NCBI GenBank assembly: GCA_963675295.2
Contig: CAXXKJ010000002.1
Location: 2,784,001-2,848,000, forward strand
Reading direction: 5' to 3'
DNA: 64,000 nucleotides
Origin: a bacterium
GTDB taxonomy: Bacteria > Electryoneota > Electryoneia > Electryoneales > Electryoneaceae
The notes under the pieces are model-generated. The model did not search any database, was not told the origin of the DNA, and saw only the letters and a list, made by a program, of their open reading frames with translations. Of the stretch, positions 28,391 through 38,088 are shown piece after piece. A program made the position numbers and the translations under genes. Within the stretch, counting starts at the first letter, position 1; each line of letters begins with the position of its first letter.

Positions 28391-28436
28391 AAATCAACCC
28401 CACGGAGGTTACCATGCCTTCGTGGGGTTTTGATTT
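28391..28436 (+). terminator. Rho-independent terminator
   Basis: AACCCCACGGAGG...CCTTCGTGGGGTT-TTGATTT. Confidence 0.75.
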
Positions 28437-28572
28437 GCGATCCACACCTCCAGGGACCCGATTCGTTCGTATGAGCGCATTCTCAGGCCCATGCTACTTG
28501 ATGTATCCTCGATTCGGAAGAAGTGTGCAACCGGCGACGTCTGAACAGAATCATGCCAGCTGAGGGGAAATC

Positions 28573-29112
28573 ATGCCTACCTACGTGTTTGATACACAAC
28601 GATTGCGGCTGCGGATGATGACGGAGGAAGATTTGCCTGCCCTCCGTCCGATTCTATCCAGTGAAATCGCCATGAAACACTACCCGAAGGTGCTGAATGA
28701 CGACGAGATCCGTGACTGGGTTTCCAGAGTTCTGAAACGGTATGAATCGGATGGTCATTCCTTCTGGATGGTCGAATTGAAAGAAACCGGCGATGCCATT
28801 GGCCAATGCGGAATCCTGACGCAACAGGTCGACGGTAAAACCGAACCGGAAATCGGCTACCTGTTCAATCCGGCATTCTGGGGACATGGATATGCCACCG
28901 AAGCCGCGAAGGGTTGCATGGAGTATGGCGCGAAAACGTATGGCTATGAACGCTTTATCTCATTAATTGTTCCTGAAAACCAACCCTCAATCAACGTAGC
29001 CCTGCGAAATGGATTCACCCTCGAAAAGACAGTTCCGTACAAGGATCGTCCTGAAGTGCGGGTGTATTCGATCCGTCTCGCACAAGATCAAAAACCTCCA
29101 GCCACAAGTTGA
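28573..29112 (+). CDS. GNAT N-acetyltransferase (RimJ/RimL-like)
   Basis: TQRLRLR, EIGY...FWGHGYATEA, NQPSINVA. Confidence 0.9.
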   Translation: MPTYVFDTQRLRLRMMTEEDLPALRPILSSEIAMKHYPKVLNDDEIRDWVSRVLKRYESDGHSFWMVELKETGDAIGQCGILTQQVDGKTEPEIGYLFNPAFWGHGYATEAAKGCMEYGAKTYGYERFISLIVPENQPSINVALRNGFTLEKTVPYKDRPEVRVYSIRLAQDQKPPATS

Positions 29113-29242
29113 TACCGAATACAGATGTGCTATTTATCGGACGTGGATGATTTGCGTCTGTTCATCCCATCAGCAGTACCCAACCATGACTGGCAGGACG
29201 TGGCTACACTCCTGATATACTCAAGCAAAGGACATCAGAATC

Positions 29243-30196
29243 ATGAAAGAGATCATTCTTGGATCACAGGGTCTTCGTGTGCCCGCCATCGGCTTGGGCT
29301 GCATGGGCATGTCGGATTTCTACGGTTCTTCCGATGAAGCGCAGAACCTTCGCGTTCTCGACCGGGCGCTCGAGCTCGGCTGCACCTTCTGGGATACGTC
29401 GGATATGTACGGCCCGTTCACGAACGAGATGCTGTTGGCCAAGGCAATGAATGGACGCCGTGACCAGGTTATTCTGGCGACCAAGTTCGGCGTGCGTCGC
29501 GGTGAGGACGGTGGCTTCCTGGGCATCAAGGGGGACGCGGAGTATGTCAAGGCGTCTTGTGATGCTTCGTTGAAACGGCTCGGCACCGATTACATCGACC
29601 TCTATTACCAGCACCGTGTCGATCCGGAAACGCCAATCGAGGAAACGGTCGGCGCGATGGCGGAGCTGGTGCAGGCGGGGAAAGTACGGTACATCGGCTT
29701 GTCCGAGGCGGACCCGGAAACCATCGCCCGTGCGCACAAGGTCCACCCCATCAGCGCCCTGCAAACCGAGTACTCGCTCTGGTCACGGGAGGTCGAGGAC
29801 GAGATCCTGCCGGCCGTGCAGAAGCTCGATATCGGGTTTGTCGCCTACAGTCCGTTGGGCCGGGGTTTCCTCAGCGGCACGATCCGGTCACGCAGCGACC
29901 TCGAACCCGGCGATTGGCGTCTGGAGAACCCGCGATTTACCGACGAAGCCATCGCGCAGAACAGCAAGCTGGCCGACGCGGTCGCGGAGATTGCGAAGGA
30001 ACTGGACGCGACCCCGGCGCAGATCGCGTTGGCTTGGGTACTGTCGCGCGACGAACACCTCGCCGCCATCCCGGGAACGCGCAAGATCGAACGTCTCGAG
30101 GAAAACTGGGCCTCGCAGGATCTCACGTTGCAACCGGAACACTTGGAGCGGCTGGCGTCTTTGATCCAGCAGAGTGTTGCTGGCGAGCGGTACTGA
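29243..30196 (+). CDS. Aldo/keto reductase
   Basis: IGLGCMGMS, DTSDMYG, ATKFG, DLYYQHRVD, AYSPLGRG, IPGT. Confidence 0.95.
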   Translation: MKEIILGSQGLRVPAIGLGCMGMSDFYGSSDEAQNLRVLDRALELGCTFWDTSDMYGPFTNEMLLAKAMNGRRDQVILATKFGVRRGEDGGFLGIKGDAEYVKASCDASLKRLGTDYIDLYYQHRVDPETPIEETVGAMAELVQAGKVRYIGLSEADPETIARAHKVHPISALQTEYSLWSREVEDEILPAVQKLDIGFVAYSPLGRGFLSGTIRSRSDLEPGDWRLENPRFTDEAIAQNSKLADAVAEIAKELDATPAQIALAWVLSRDEHLAAIPGTRKIERLEENWASQDLTLQPEHLERLASLIQQSVAGERY

Positions 30197-30303
30197 TCCA
30201 CGCCGCGATCTCTTTGCGGAAGAACATTGAATGCAACAGGGCCGGGCAATATGCCTGGCCCTATTGACGTTCACGCCGATCTGCTCTTCCATCCTGAGAA
30301 CAC

Positions 30304-31563
30304 TCATCGCATCAGCGACAGCCCTTCGCGATCAAACCTTGGGACACGTGGCGATACCGGAACCAGGCGGATAGCGTACGGTTCCCACCCCGCCAGCGGA
30401 ATTGGCTGTTCGTCCGGCAGGCCGAGCTTGCGCACCAGCACCGGCTCCAGACGTTTTACAGTTGTCTTCGGCAGAACGTGTTCGTGTTTGCCCACGAGGC
30501 AACCCGCCTGGGGGCTGGTGACCATCAACAGCTCATCTTGCAGCTCTGGCATTTTTAATTCCGGCTCGATTGCAGTCGTTTCGACAACATACCCTTGTTC
30601 GTTCACCGTACCCGGAAGCTCGTCGCCCCAGCCGAGTTGCAGCAGCCTTAGCCTGCGTCCCCTGCCCTGAAAGCGGATCTTGTATTCGCGTGCGCAATAC
30701 TGAACGTTCAGCGCGAGGTGTTCTTCCGCAGCCCGTTTCAACAGACGCAACGCAGACAACTCGGAATCCAGTACCGCGTTCGCCGGTTCGTGCAGCAGTG
30801 TGTAGTTGCGTTCCACGAACCGTCCCGCATTCCACTTGTTCACGGTCAGCTGGTGCAGATGCAGGTGATCCACTCCGATCCCGGCCAGCACGTGTAACAA
30901 CTGAGCGACTCGTTCCTCATCCTCGGGTATGGCCGGAATTTCGACAGTTACTCTCCACGGCCATTCGCGTGCGAGCCGGACCGGTTTTAGACGATAGTTG
31001 ATCGCTGAGATGTCGAAGCGGATCTCATTCAGTCCCGCATGGAACAATCGGTCCAGCCGTTCCCTGTTTGCGAGGATGCCGTTCGTGTACAGCCACAGGT
31101 AGATGTTGTCACCGGAACGTTCACGGATCGACGTGATGAAATCGACTGTTCGATCCAAGTTCAGCAGCGGCTCTCCCCCGCTCAACCCGACACCACGGTA
31201 CCCCGCGTGTTCCAGAAAATCCACGTACCGGCCCGGCGACGGGAAATCCACGCCCAGGGCCGTCGGCGGCGGCGCTTCACGGTCGGCGGGTTCCATCGGG
31301 CAGTAGAAGCAGTCGGCGTTGCAGGTTTGATTGATGAACAGGCAGGACCAAGTGCCGTCGCCGCAATGCCGGCATCCGGGCGAAAGAGTACCATGATGCG
31401 GCTTGGTTCCGGCATAAGACAGATTGATCGACGCTGACAGGTCGTTGAGATACGTGTTCCGGGTCCGGTTGGCCGTCTCCGCGTATCCTTCGTCAAGCCA
31501 GGCCAGAAACCGGCCCGCAGAACCCAGCTCCTTCCCGATTCCGTTGTATCCAGGCATCTCCAT
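30304..31563 (-). CDS. Radical SAM protein of unknown function
   Basis: CNADCFYC (CxxxCxxC), SGGEPLL, LYTNG, EIRFD; an additional N-terminal CRHC. Confidence 0.85.
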   Translation of the reverse strand: MEMPGYNGIGKELGSAGRFLAWLDEGYAETANRTRNTYLNDLSASINLSYAGTKPHHGTLSPGCRHCGDGTWSCLFINQTCNADCFYCPMEPADREAPPPTALGVDFPSPGRYVDFLEHAGYRGVGLSGGEPLLNLDRTVDFITSIRERSGDNIYLWLYTNGILANRERLDRLFHAGLNEIRFDISAINYRLKPVRLAREWPWRVTVEIPAIPEDEERVAQLLHVLAGIGVDHLHLHQLTVNKWNAGRFVERNYTLLHEPANAVLDSELSALRLLKRAAEEHLALNVQYCAREYKIRFQGRGRRLRLLQLGWGDELPGTVNEQGYVVETTAIEPELKMPELQDELLMVTSPQAGCLVGKHEHVLPKTTVKRLEPVLVRKLGLPDEQPIPLAGWEPYAIRLVPVSPRVPRFDREGLSLMR

Positions 31564-31734
31564 CCTGTATCAGCTTCCTGTCCTCGTTATCAGGGTATGA
31601 CTACATGGATAATGTACTTCTGAATGAGCGTAAACCATTGCATCGATCGTTCAGCCGCCCCTCCGCCTCCGGACACAGAGAAGGGCTCCCGATCACCCGG
31701 AAACCCTTTATAGACGCTCTCATAACCCATCTAC

Positions 31735-33099
31735 CTACCTGAATCCAAACAGGATCGGAAATAAGACCACCACAATCGCCGCCCAGATCGGGTACACGGG
31801 GATATACGCCGTCTGCCAGCGTTCCAGCGTGGCGAACGGAACTCGTTTGAACAGGAAGCGAGCGTACAGCACCGCCGACCAGCCCAGATTCACCAGCAGG
31901 ATCAGGTTTTCGCCCAGCGCCGCGACCTTATTCGGGCTGAAACCGAATTCGGAAATGCGCATCCCGATGGCCCATAACGCGAGGCCGTCCACGATCAACG
32001 CGCTCACCACCAACAGGAACTGCAGCTTGTCGAACAGGTTCGGCTGCGCTTCGGGGTCGCGCGCGGAGATGGAATACAGCAACAGGCCCAGAATCAAGAC
32101 CAGCAGCAGGTCGAACCCGATCAACACGTCCCGGTCAACCAGAATACCGGTACCGGACACCATGATCGCCACGATGTAACTCAGCAACAGCAGGGTAAAT
32201 AAGGGCGTGAACAGCCGGGTCAACACCGGCGCCATGTTTTCAATGATGCTCTGTTTCGCTTCCACCAGCCAGCTGCTGATGACCACCGCACCGGCAATTC
32301 CGCACGGGATCAGCCACGTCGTGACGAACGGTTCCGCATCCAGCCCGATGGATTCAAACAGCAGCACGGTAAATCCGGTCAGCACCCCGCCGCCCAACGC
32401 GATCAGCGCCAGGTAGATCACCCACTCCCCGGAGAAACGCACGAAGTTCATCCGCTGGGTGTGACTTCGCCATCGGCCGCCCATGTACGCATAGCCAACG
32501 GCAAACCACAACGCAATCGGCAGGTGGATCGCAGCCAGCAATTCAGTGGAACCAAGCTGCGCGAATGGGATAGCGTTCATCAGCACAGCGGAAGCCACAA
32601 ACGGTGCGGCGAGATAGTACAACTGCCGCTGTTCAAACCTCCTGCGGATCGCGAAGAACGCCGCCAGGAACGGCAGGATTAATAGACTGATGTGGCGTGC
32701 GTAAAACGAGGCGTCTGCCGGATCGTCCCCGAACTCCACCCCGAAAAGCTGCGGCAGCTTGATCGCGACTGCCGCGCCAATCGCGAATCCAAACGCGATG
32801 ATGCTATCCTTTGCTACTCCGTCGGTATCCACTTCCGGCCCGGAGGGCATCAACTGCTTCCACAACCGTTCGGAATACTCGCGCGCGAATTCGCGTGACA
32901 GAGAATGCGTGTCGCCCAACCGTTTCACCGCGACGAGAAACGCTTCCTCTTCGTTCAGACCAACCTCTAGCAGTGCCTCAATCTGCGACCGGAGGTGATC
33001 CTCCAACTCTTCCGTATCAACATGATGGATCGACGGATGCCGGTCAAGGTGCTGCCGCCATTCGCCGATTCGTTCTTCTATCGAGTGATGTGTGTCCAT
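31735..33099 (-). CDS. Membrane protein with permease-prefix N-terminal domain
   Basis: EELEDHL...GLNEEEAFLVAVKRLG followed by about 10 TM segments; lies downstream of the PadR gene. Confidence 0.8.
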   Translation of the reverse strand: MDTHHSIEERIGEWRQHLDRHPSIHHVDTEELEDHLRSQIEALLEVGLNEEEAFLVAVKRLGDTHSLSREFAREYSERLWKQLMPSGPEVDTDGVAKDSIIAFGFAIGAAVAIKLPQLFGVEFGDDPADASFYARHISLLILPFLAAFFAIRRRFEQRQLYYLAAPFVASAVLMNAIPFAQLGSTELLAAIHLPIALWFAVGYAYMGGRWRSHTQRMNFVRFSGEWVIYLALIALGGGVLTGFTVLLFESIGLDAEPFVTTWLIPCGIAGAVVISSWLVEAKQSIIENMAPVLTRLFTPLFTLLLLSYIVAIMVSGTGILVDRDVLIGFDLLLVLILGLLLYSISARDPEAQPNLFDKLQFLLVVSALIVDGLALWAIGMRISEFGFSPNKVAALGENLILLVNLGWSAVLYARFLFKRVPFATLERWQTAYIPVYPIWAAIVVVLFPILFGFR

Positions 33100-33124
33100 C
33101 CGTGAACCTCTGTGGGATTGCAAC

Positions 33125-33478
33125 TCATGTACCCAAGACCATGGGATTGACCTGACCGTCCCAGATGTCACGCAGCGCAGCGTCAACCACGGTCCACTGC
33201 CGCCTGTGACGTGCCAGTTCCTCACGTCCCTGCTCGGTCAACCGGTAATATTTCCGCCGCCGGCCGGTTTCGGATTTGCCCCAGAACGCCGTGATGAAAC
33301 CATTGCGTTCAAGGCGATGCAGCAACGGGTACAGCATCCCGTCCGCCCACTGCAGTTCCCCACCGGTCAACTCGCCCACTCTCTTGATGATCGCGTAGCC
33401 GTAACTTTCGCCCTCCCCGAGAATCGCGAGTACCATCGGCGTTGCCGATGCCGCAACCAGATCCTTGCCAATGTCCAT
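33125..33478 (-). CDS. PadR-family transcriptional regulator
   Basis: SYGYAII, GMLYPLLHRLE, RRKYYRLT. Confidence 0.93.
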   Translation of the reverse strand: MDIGKDLVAASATPMVLAILGEGESYGYAIIKRVGELTGGELQWADGMLYPLLHRLERNGFITAFWGKSETGRRRKYYRLTEQGREELARHRRQWTVVDAALRDIWDGQVNPMVLGT

Positions 33479-33537
33479 CGTCCGTCCTCGTCACAATTCC
33501 GGCTTACGATACCTTCCGCCGTCATCCATAGAACCAT

Positions 33538-33560
33538 TATACATTGCTCTACTATGTATA
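33538..33560. promoter_or_regulatory. Candidate PadR operator
   Basis: TATACAT-N9-ATGTATA inverted repeat 60 bp upstream of the padR-like start. Confidence 0.45.
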
Positions 33561-33750
33561 TGCAACACTGGATTCCACCTCAGTGCTCGCTCGTGGATAG
33601 AAGGTCTAAGGACTTAGTTACGCGTCAGATATGAATTGAAACGGAATCGTCGAGAGGGTACCACAAGTAGGATCAGAACAGGAGCTCAATCAAGTTATGA
33701 CTACCTGTTTTACCAATGGAAACAACTGGAGGAGGGATCGGAATCGACCA

Positions 33751-33779
33751 CATCCGGGAAGAGGCCCTCTCCCCGGATG
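33751..33779 (-). terminator. Hairpin downstream of the NHL/SMP-30 gene
   Basis: CATCCGGG...CCCGGATG. Confidence 0.45.
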
Positions 33780-33791
33780 CGGTAAGCGGTT

Positions 33792-34973
33792 TTACATCAC
33801 AAACGTCATTTTCCGGACTTCCACCACATCCTGCGTCTCGAGTCGAATGAAGTACACACCCGACGCAGCTTCCGTTCCATAACGCGTCAACCCGTTCCAG
33901 CTGGACACATGCCGCCCCGCTGACAACGTTCCATCCAGCAACGAAGCGACCTGCCGTCCGAGCACATCGACCACGGTCAAGTGCACCTCTCCGGGCGTTG
34001 CCAGGGTAAACGGAATCAACGTAGTCAGGTTGAACGGATTCGGGGAGTTCTGCGCCAGCTCCGTCCGCAGTGGGATCGGTGTGGCGAATTCTGGCACGTC
34101 GCTGGTGAAACCGCTGATGGTTCGTATGGTCTGGGTGGTGAAATCGGAAACATACAGCGTGTCGCCGGTGGCGTTGGGAACGATCCCATTCGGCTGTGAA
34201 AAGCGTGCGGAGAGCGCATCACCGTCCACATGACCCGCAATCCCGCACCCAGCGAAGACACTAAGTTCGCCATCCAGCGAGATGCGGTAGACATAGTTCA
34301 CCGCGATCCCGGTGGCGTACAGGTAGCCGGACGCATAGGTCAGGAAGCCGCACGCGTAATCTCCGCCCCACAGGTCCCCGGACGGAACAGCCGCGATTTC
34401 AACCAACTGGTCGCCGTCTACACGCAGCACCTTGCCATCATTGAAGTTTGCTATGTACAGCCGGTCGTCGTCGTCATACGTCATCCCCAGCGGACCGTTC
34501 AGCTCGCCACCTGAGATCCAGTAGCTGACCGTGCCATCCGGCGCCAGCTTGTAGATCTGGTTCAACGCATAGCTGGCGACGATCAACGTGTCGCTGTCCG
34601 CTTCAAAGATGACGCCATTGGGATTGGTGATCGTAGGACCGTACTGCGTGGTTGTACCTGCTGGATCGATCTTGAAGATCGCATGATCCCAGGTGGACGC
34701 GAGGTAAATGTTATCATTCGCGTCGATTGTCATCCCGTTTGGATGATTGAACCCGGTCGCGAACGGGGACACATTTCCAGCCGGTGTCACCTTGTATACC
34801 GTGGTCCCCTCGAAATCACACCCGAACAGATTTCCCTGCGAATCGAGGACAAGTCCGTCCGTGATACCGCAACCGGGACCGGCGAGTGTGCCGACTGTTT
34901 GGCTTTGACCAGAAACACTGAAGCTGAACACCATGGAAAGAACCACCAATAAACCAGCCGTAAACCGTAGCAT
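33792..34973 (-). CDS. Secreted NHL/SMP-30-like beta-propeller with FlgD/T9SS-type CTD
   Basis: Signal peptide; PNG/PLG repeats; QNSPNPFN...WNG...ASGVYF...RKM. Confidence 0.82.
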   Translation of the reverse strand: MLRFTAGLLVVLSMVFSFSVSGQSQTVGTLAGPGCGITDGLVLDSQGNLFGCDFEGTTVYKVTPAGNVSPFATGFNHPNGMTIDANDNIYLASTWDHAIFKIDPAGTTTQYGPTITNPNGVIFEADSDTLIVASYALNQIYKLAPDGTVSYWISGGELNGPLGMTYDDDDRLYIANFNDGKVLRVDGDQLVEIAAVPSGDLWGGDYACGFLTYASGYLYATGIAVNYVYRISLDGELSVFAGCGIAGHVDGDALSARFSQPNGIVPNATGDTLYVSDFTTQTIRTISGFTSDVPEFATPIPLRTELAQNSPNPFNLTTLIPFTLATPGEVHLTVVDVLGRQVASLLDGTLSAGRHVSSWNGLTRYGTEAASGVYFIRLETQDVVEVRKMTFVM

Positions 34974-35189
34974 GAACCATTCCCCCATCGTTTCGTGACC
35001 GTGTCAATCCAAAAGGGTGTGTTCTATCGCCGACATGTGGATCGGGCCTTCAGAATTCAAAGGCCATTGGGATCAGGAATTGTCCCATTTGGCACTAGGA
35101 CGTATGAGAGGCAGAGAAGGTAACAAAACTCCGGAGAGCGGTTTGTGCGGTGAGTTGAACGAGTAAAACAAATCGATCAATCGTTCTTG

Positions 35190-35666
35190 CTATGCTAGCA
35201 CCATCACGTATTCATCGATTTCCCGGCCGCGAGCATTCGCGTAGCCGGAATCCGTGCGATCAACCGTGAATCCGCACTTCTCGAGGACGCGGACTGAGGC
35301 AGTGTTGTCGCAGGCAACCCGTGCATACATCGGACGTTCGGTCTGGATCTCGAGAAATTGCTTCAGTGCTTCGGTCGCAATCCCTCTCCCCCAGAACGGT
35401 TTTCCTATCCAGTAGCTGACTTCCGGCGTGTCTTCCATGACATAACTCAGCACTGATCCCGCAATCACGCCCTCGACCAGGATCGTGCGGATGTGGACTG
35501 TTGCGGAGTTCAGGGTTTTCTCCCAGTGCTGATCGAAGGCCTCACGGTCGCGGGGATCCTTGGCGGTAAAGGCAGCCATCTGATTCGCATCGGGATCGAG
35601 CTGGAATTTGAAGAAAAGTGGCAGGTCGTCGTGTTCAACAGGTCTCAGCTGGATATCGTCGCGCAT
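35190..35666 (-). CDS. GNAT N-acetyltransferase (RimJ/RimL-like)
   Basis: EVSYWIG...WGRGIATEAL, NTASVRVLEKCGF. Confidence 0.9.
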   Translation of the reverse strand: MRDDIQLRPVEHDDLPLFFKFQLDPDANQMAAFTAKDPRDREAFDQHWEKTLNSATVHIRTILVEGVIAGSVLSYVMEDTPEVSYWIGKPFWGRGIATEALKQFLEIQTERPMYARVACDNTASVRVLEKCGFTVDRTDSGYANARGREIDEYVMVLA

Positions 35667-35848
35667 GGGATGCCTCGATTCAGATACAGGAGTATGGGTG
35701 GCACGAGTATAGCGAAAAAACAGCTTGGCTGTCTTGGTAATCCGCAACTAAATCTGTTATTTAAGGCATTCCTTACTCGTCGTCCCGATGATAACGCAAC
35801 GCAAATCCGCCTGCCCAAAGAGTTGACCCGTTGCAGGAAGGTCCAACA

Positions 35849-36766
35849 ATGTCCCCCACCGAGCCATTCAAAGTCGCCGCGGTCCAGGATTCTCCCGTGT
35901 ATCTCGACAAAGCTGCGACAGTCGCCAAAGCTTGCGACCTGATCCAGAAAGCCGCGTCCGAGGGCGCGAAACTGGTTGTTTTTCCCGAGGTATACATTGC
36001 CGGCTACCCCGACTGGGTGTGGACCGTGCCGGCGTCGAACAAAGCATTGATCAGCAGTTTGTACGACGAATTGTGGCAAAACGCGGTAAGCGTGCCGGAT
36101 GGCGCCACCGATCAGCTTTGTACTGCCGCGAAGGACAACAGTGTCTATGTCACAATCGGCATCAACGAACGCAACACGGAAGCCAGCAACGCCAGCCTGT
36201 TCAACTCACTGCTCTACATCAATGCGGAGGGGCAAATCCTCGGCACGCACCGCAAGTTGATCCCGACTGGCGGTGAACGCCTGATGTGGTCGCGAGGTGC
36301 CGGTGACACGATGCTGTCCTTCGACACACCGATCGGAAAGCTTGGCGGCCTGCTTTGCTGGGAGAATTTCATGCCGTTGGCGCGCACGGTGATGTACCAG
36401 GCCGGTGTTCAGGTATATGTTGCTGCAACGTGGGATTCGTCCGAAGCGTGGCAAACCGCGATGCGATTCATCGCGCGCGAGGGTGGAATGTATGTGATCA
36501 GCTGTGCTCCGGCGATGAAAATGGATGATCTGCCGGACCGGTTTGAATTCAAGCAATTCTATCCGGCGGGTCGGGAGTGGATCAACAAGGGCAATAGCCT
36601 CATCGTCGATCCGGGAGGAAAAATCATCGTTGGCCCGGTGACTTCGGAACAGACGATCCTCTACGCCGACATTGACCTCGGCGCGATCCGCTCGCAGAAA
36701 TGGCTGTTTGACGCCGCCGGGCATTACTCCCGGCCGGATGTGTTCGAGTTCCGATTGCGTCAGTAG
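35849..36766 (+). CDS. Nitrilase (carbon-nitrogen hydrolase)
   Basis: Glu-Lys-Cys triad in FPE, HRKLIPT and LLCWEN; C-terminal GHYSRPD. Confidence 0.93.
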   Translation: MSPTEPFKVAAVQDSPVYLDKAATVAKACDLIQKAASEGAKLVVFPEVYIAGYPDWVWTVPASNKALISSLYDELWQNAVSVPDGATDQLCTAAKDNSVYVTIGINERNTEASNASLFNSLLYINAEGQILGTHRKLIPTGGERLMWSRGAGDTMLSFDTPIGKLGGLLCWENFMPLARTVMYQAGVQVYVAATWDSSEAWQTAMRFIAREGGMYVISCAPAMKMDDLPDRFEFKQFYPAGREWINKGNSLIVDPGGKIIVGPVTSEQTILYADIDLGAIRSQKWLFDAAGHYSRPDVFEFRLRQ

Positions 36767-37632
36767 TGATTCGGGATCGTGATGAATTTGTCCATCGGCG
36801 GACGTTCATACTCTTCCTGTTCCGGCCGTGGCGGCAACTCGAACGGTTCCGGGCTCAGATCTTCGTAGTCGAACATCGACAGCAGGTGACGGATGGTGTT
36901 CAACCGCGCCCGTTTCTTATCGTCAGACGGCACATCAAACCAGCGCGCTTCCTCGATGTCGGTGTAGAAGAACATTTCATCCTTCGCCTTGGAATACTCG
37001 ACCCATTTTGCTCGGGAGGTGAGATCCATCGGCGACAACTTCCACCGTTTGGTTGCGTCCTTCAGTCTCGCCTGAAAACGTTTTTCCTGCTCGTCGTCAC
37101 TGACCGAAAACCAGTATTTGAACAGCTTGATCCCGCTACGGACAATCATCCGCTCGAATTGAGGACAAGACCGGAGAAACTCCCTGTACTCATCGTCGGA
37201 GCAGAAGCCCATCACTCGTTCTACGCCGGCGCGATTGTACCAGGAACGATCAAAAAAGACCATTTCGCCGGCGGACGGCAGGTGGGCGATGTAGCGTTGA
37301 AAGTACCATTGGGTGCGTTCCCGGTCGGACGGCTTGTCCAACGCGACGACACGCGCACCGCGTGGATTCAGCGGCTCGATGATGCGTTTGATCGTTCCAC
37401 CCTTGCCCGCAGCGTCACGTCCTTCAAAGAGAACTACAACGCGTTTACCTGTTTCCTTGATCCAGTATTGCAGCTTGACCAGCTCGATATGCAACCGGCG
37501 CAGCTCTTTTTCATATGCCTTGCGTTTCAACTTGTGGTCAGGATAAGTATGCGCATTGTTCCTGCTTGAGTTGGTGTTTTCAGCAGAGAGATCCTTCCCT
37601 TCCGTACGTCCATCTTCTTTGTGCTTGCTCAT
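36760..37632 (-). CDS. ppk2: Polyphosphate kinase 2
   Basis: FEGRDAAGKGG, FDRSWYNR, WKLSPMD. Confidence 0.96.
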   Translation of the reverse strand: MSKHKEDGRTEGKDLSAENTNSSRNNAHTYPDHKLKRKAYEKELRRLHIELVKLQYWIKETGKRVVVLFEGRDAAGKGGTIKRIIEPLNPRGARVVALDKPSDRERTQWYFQRYIAHLPSAGEMVFFDRSWYNRAGVERVMGFCSDDEYREFLRSCPQFERMIVRSGIKLFKYWFSVSDDEQEKRFQARLKDATKRWKLSPMDLTSRAKWVEYSKAKDEMFFYTDIEEARWFDVPSDDKKRARLNTIRHLLSMFDYEDLSPEPFELPPRPEQEEYERPPMDKFITIPNHY

Positions 37633-38088
37633 CGAATTCTTCCACCTGTTCATCGTTCCAGTTCTTCCACCGTCGCATCGGGCCGATGATGGAATGTGGT
37701 GCAAATCGGCGCAAAATTGTGCTGCCTGTTCCTTTCGCCATCATGGTTTGGAGCCTCAGGCCACCGAGAGAGCTGATTTGCCTCTCTGATATTTTATTTC
37801 CATTTTACTTTATGGATGTTCGGGCTGGGCATCGGCTCTGCATTTAGTATTGTAAATATAAGTAATTACTAAGGTTATAATATTCTTTACCATCCTTCAG
37901 CCGTACCTTGCAACGGCAACGTGCAAGATGTACTTTGTGAAAAGAAGAACGACAATGCGCAGGCATTGTCCAGCATCATCCAGAAACGGGTTCTACCAGG
38001 AACTCCGTTTTGAGTTTACAAGCGATTTTAATTCGGATCTGCATCCGCGCAACAGCGTTTGATGCAACATGTGTTTAGGAGACTCCCC

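Noticed and set aside
36760-36766. Convergent overlap of the nitrilase and ppk2 ends
   Set aside because: A 7-bp tail-to-tail overlap is common and uninformative.
37935-37952. Rex-like half site upstream of maeB (similar weak matches near 12339 and 40502)
   Set aside because: Too many mismatches, or no supporting context.
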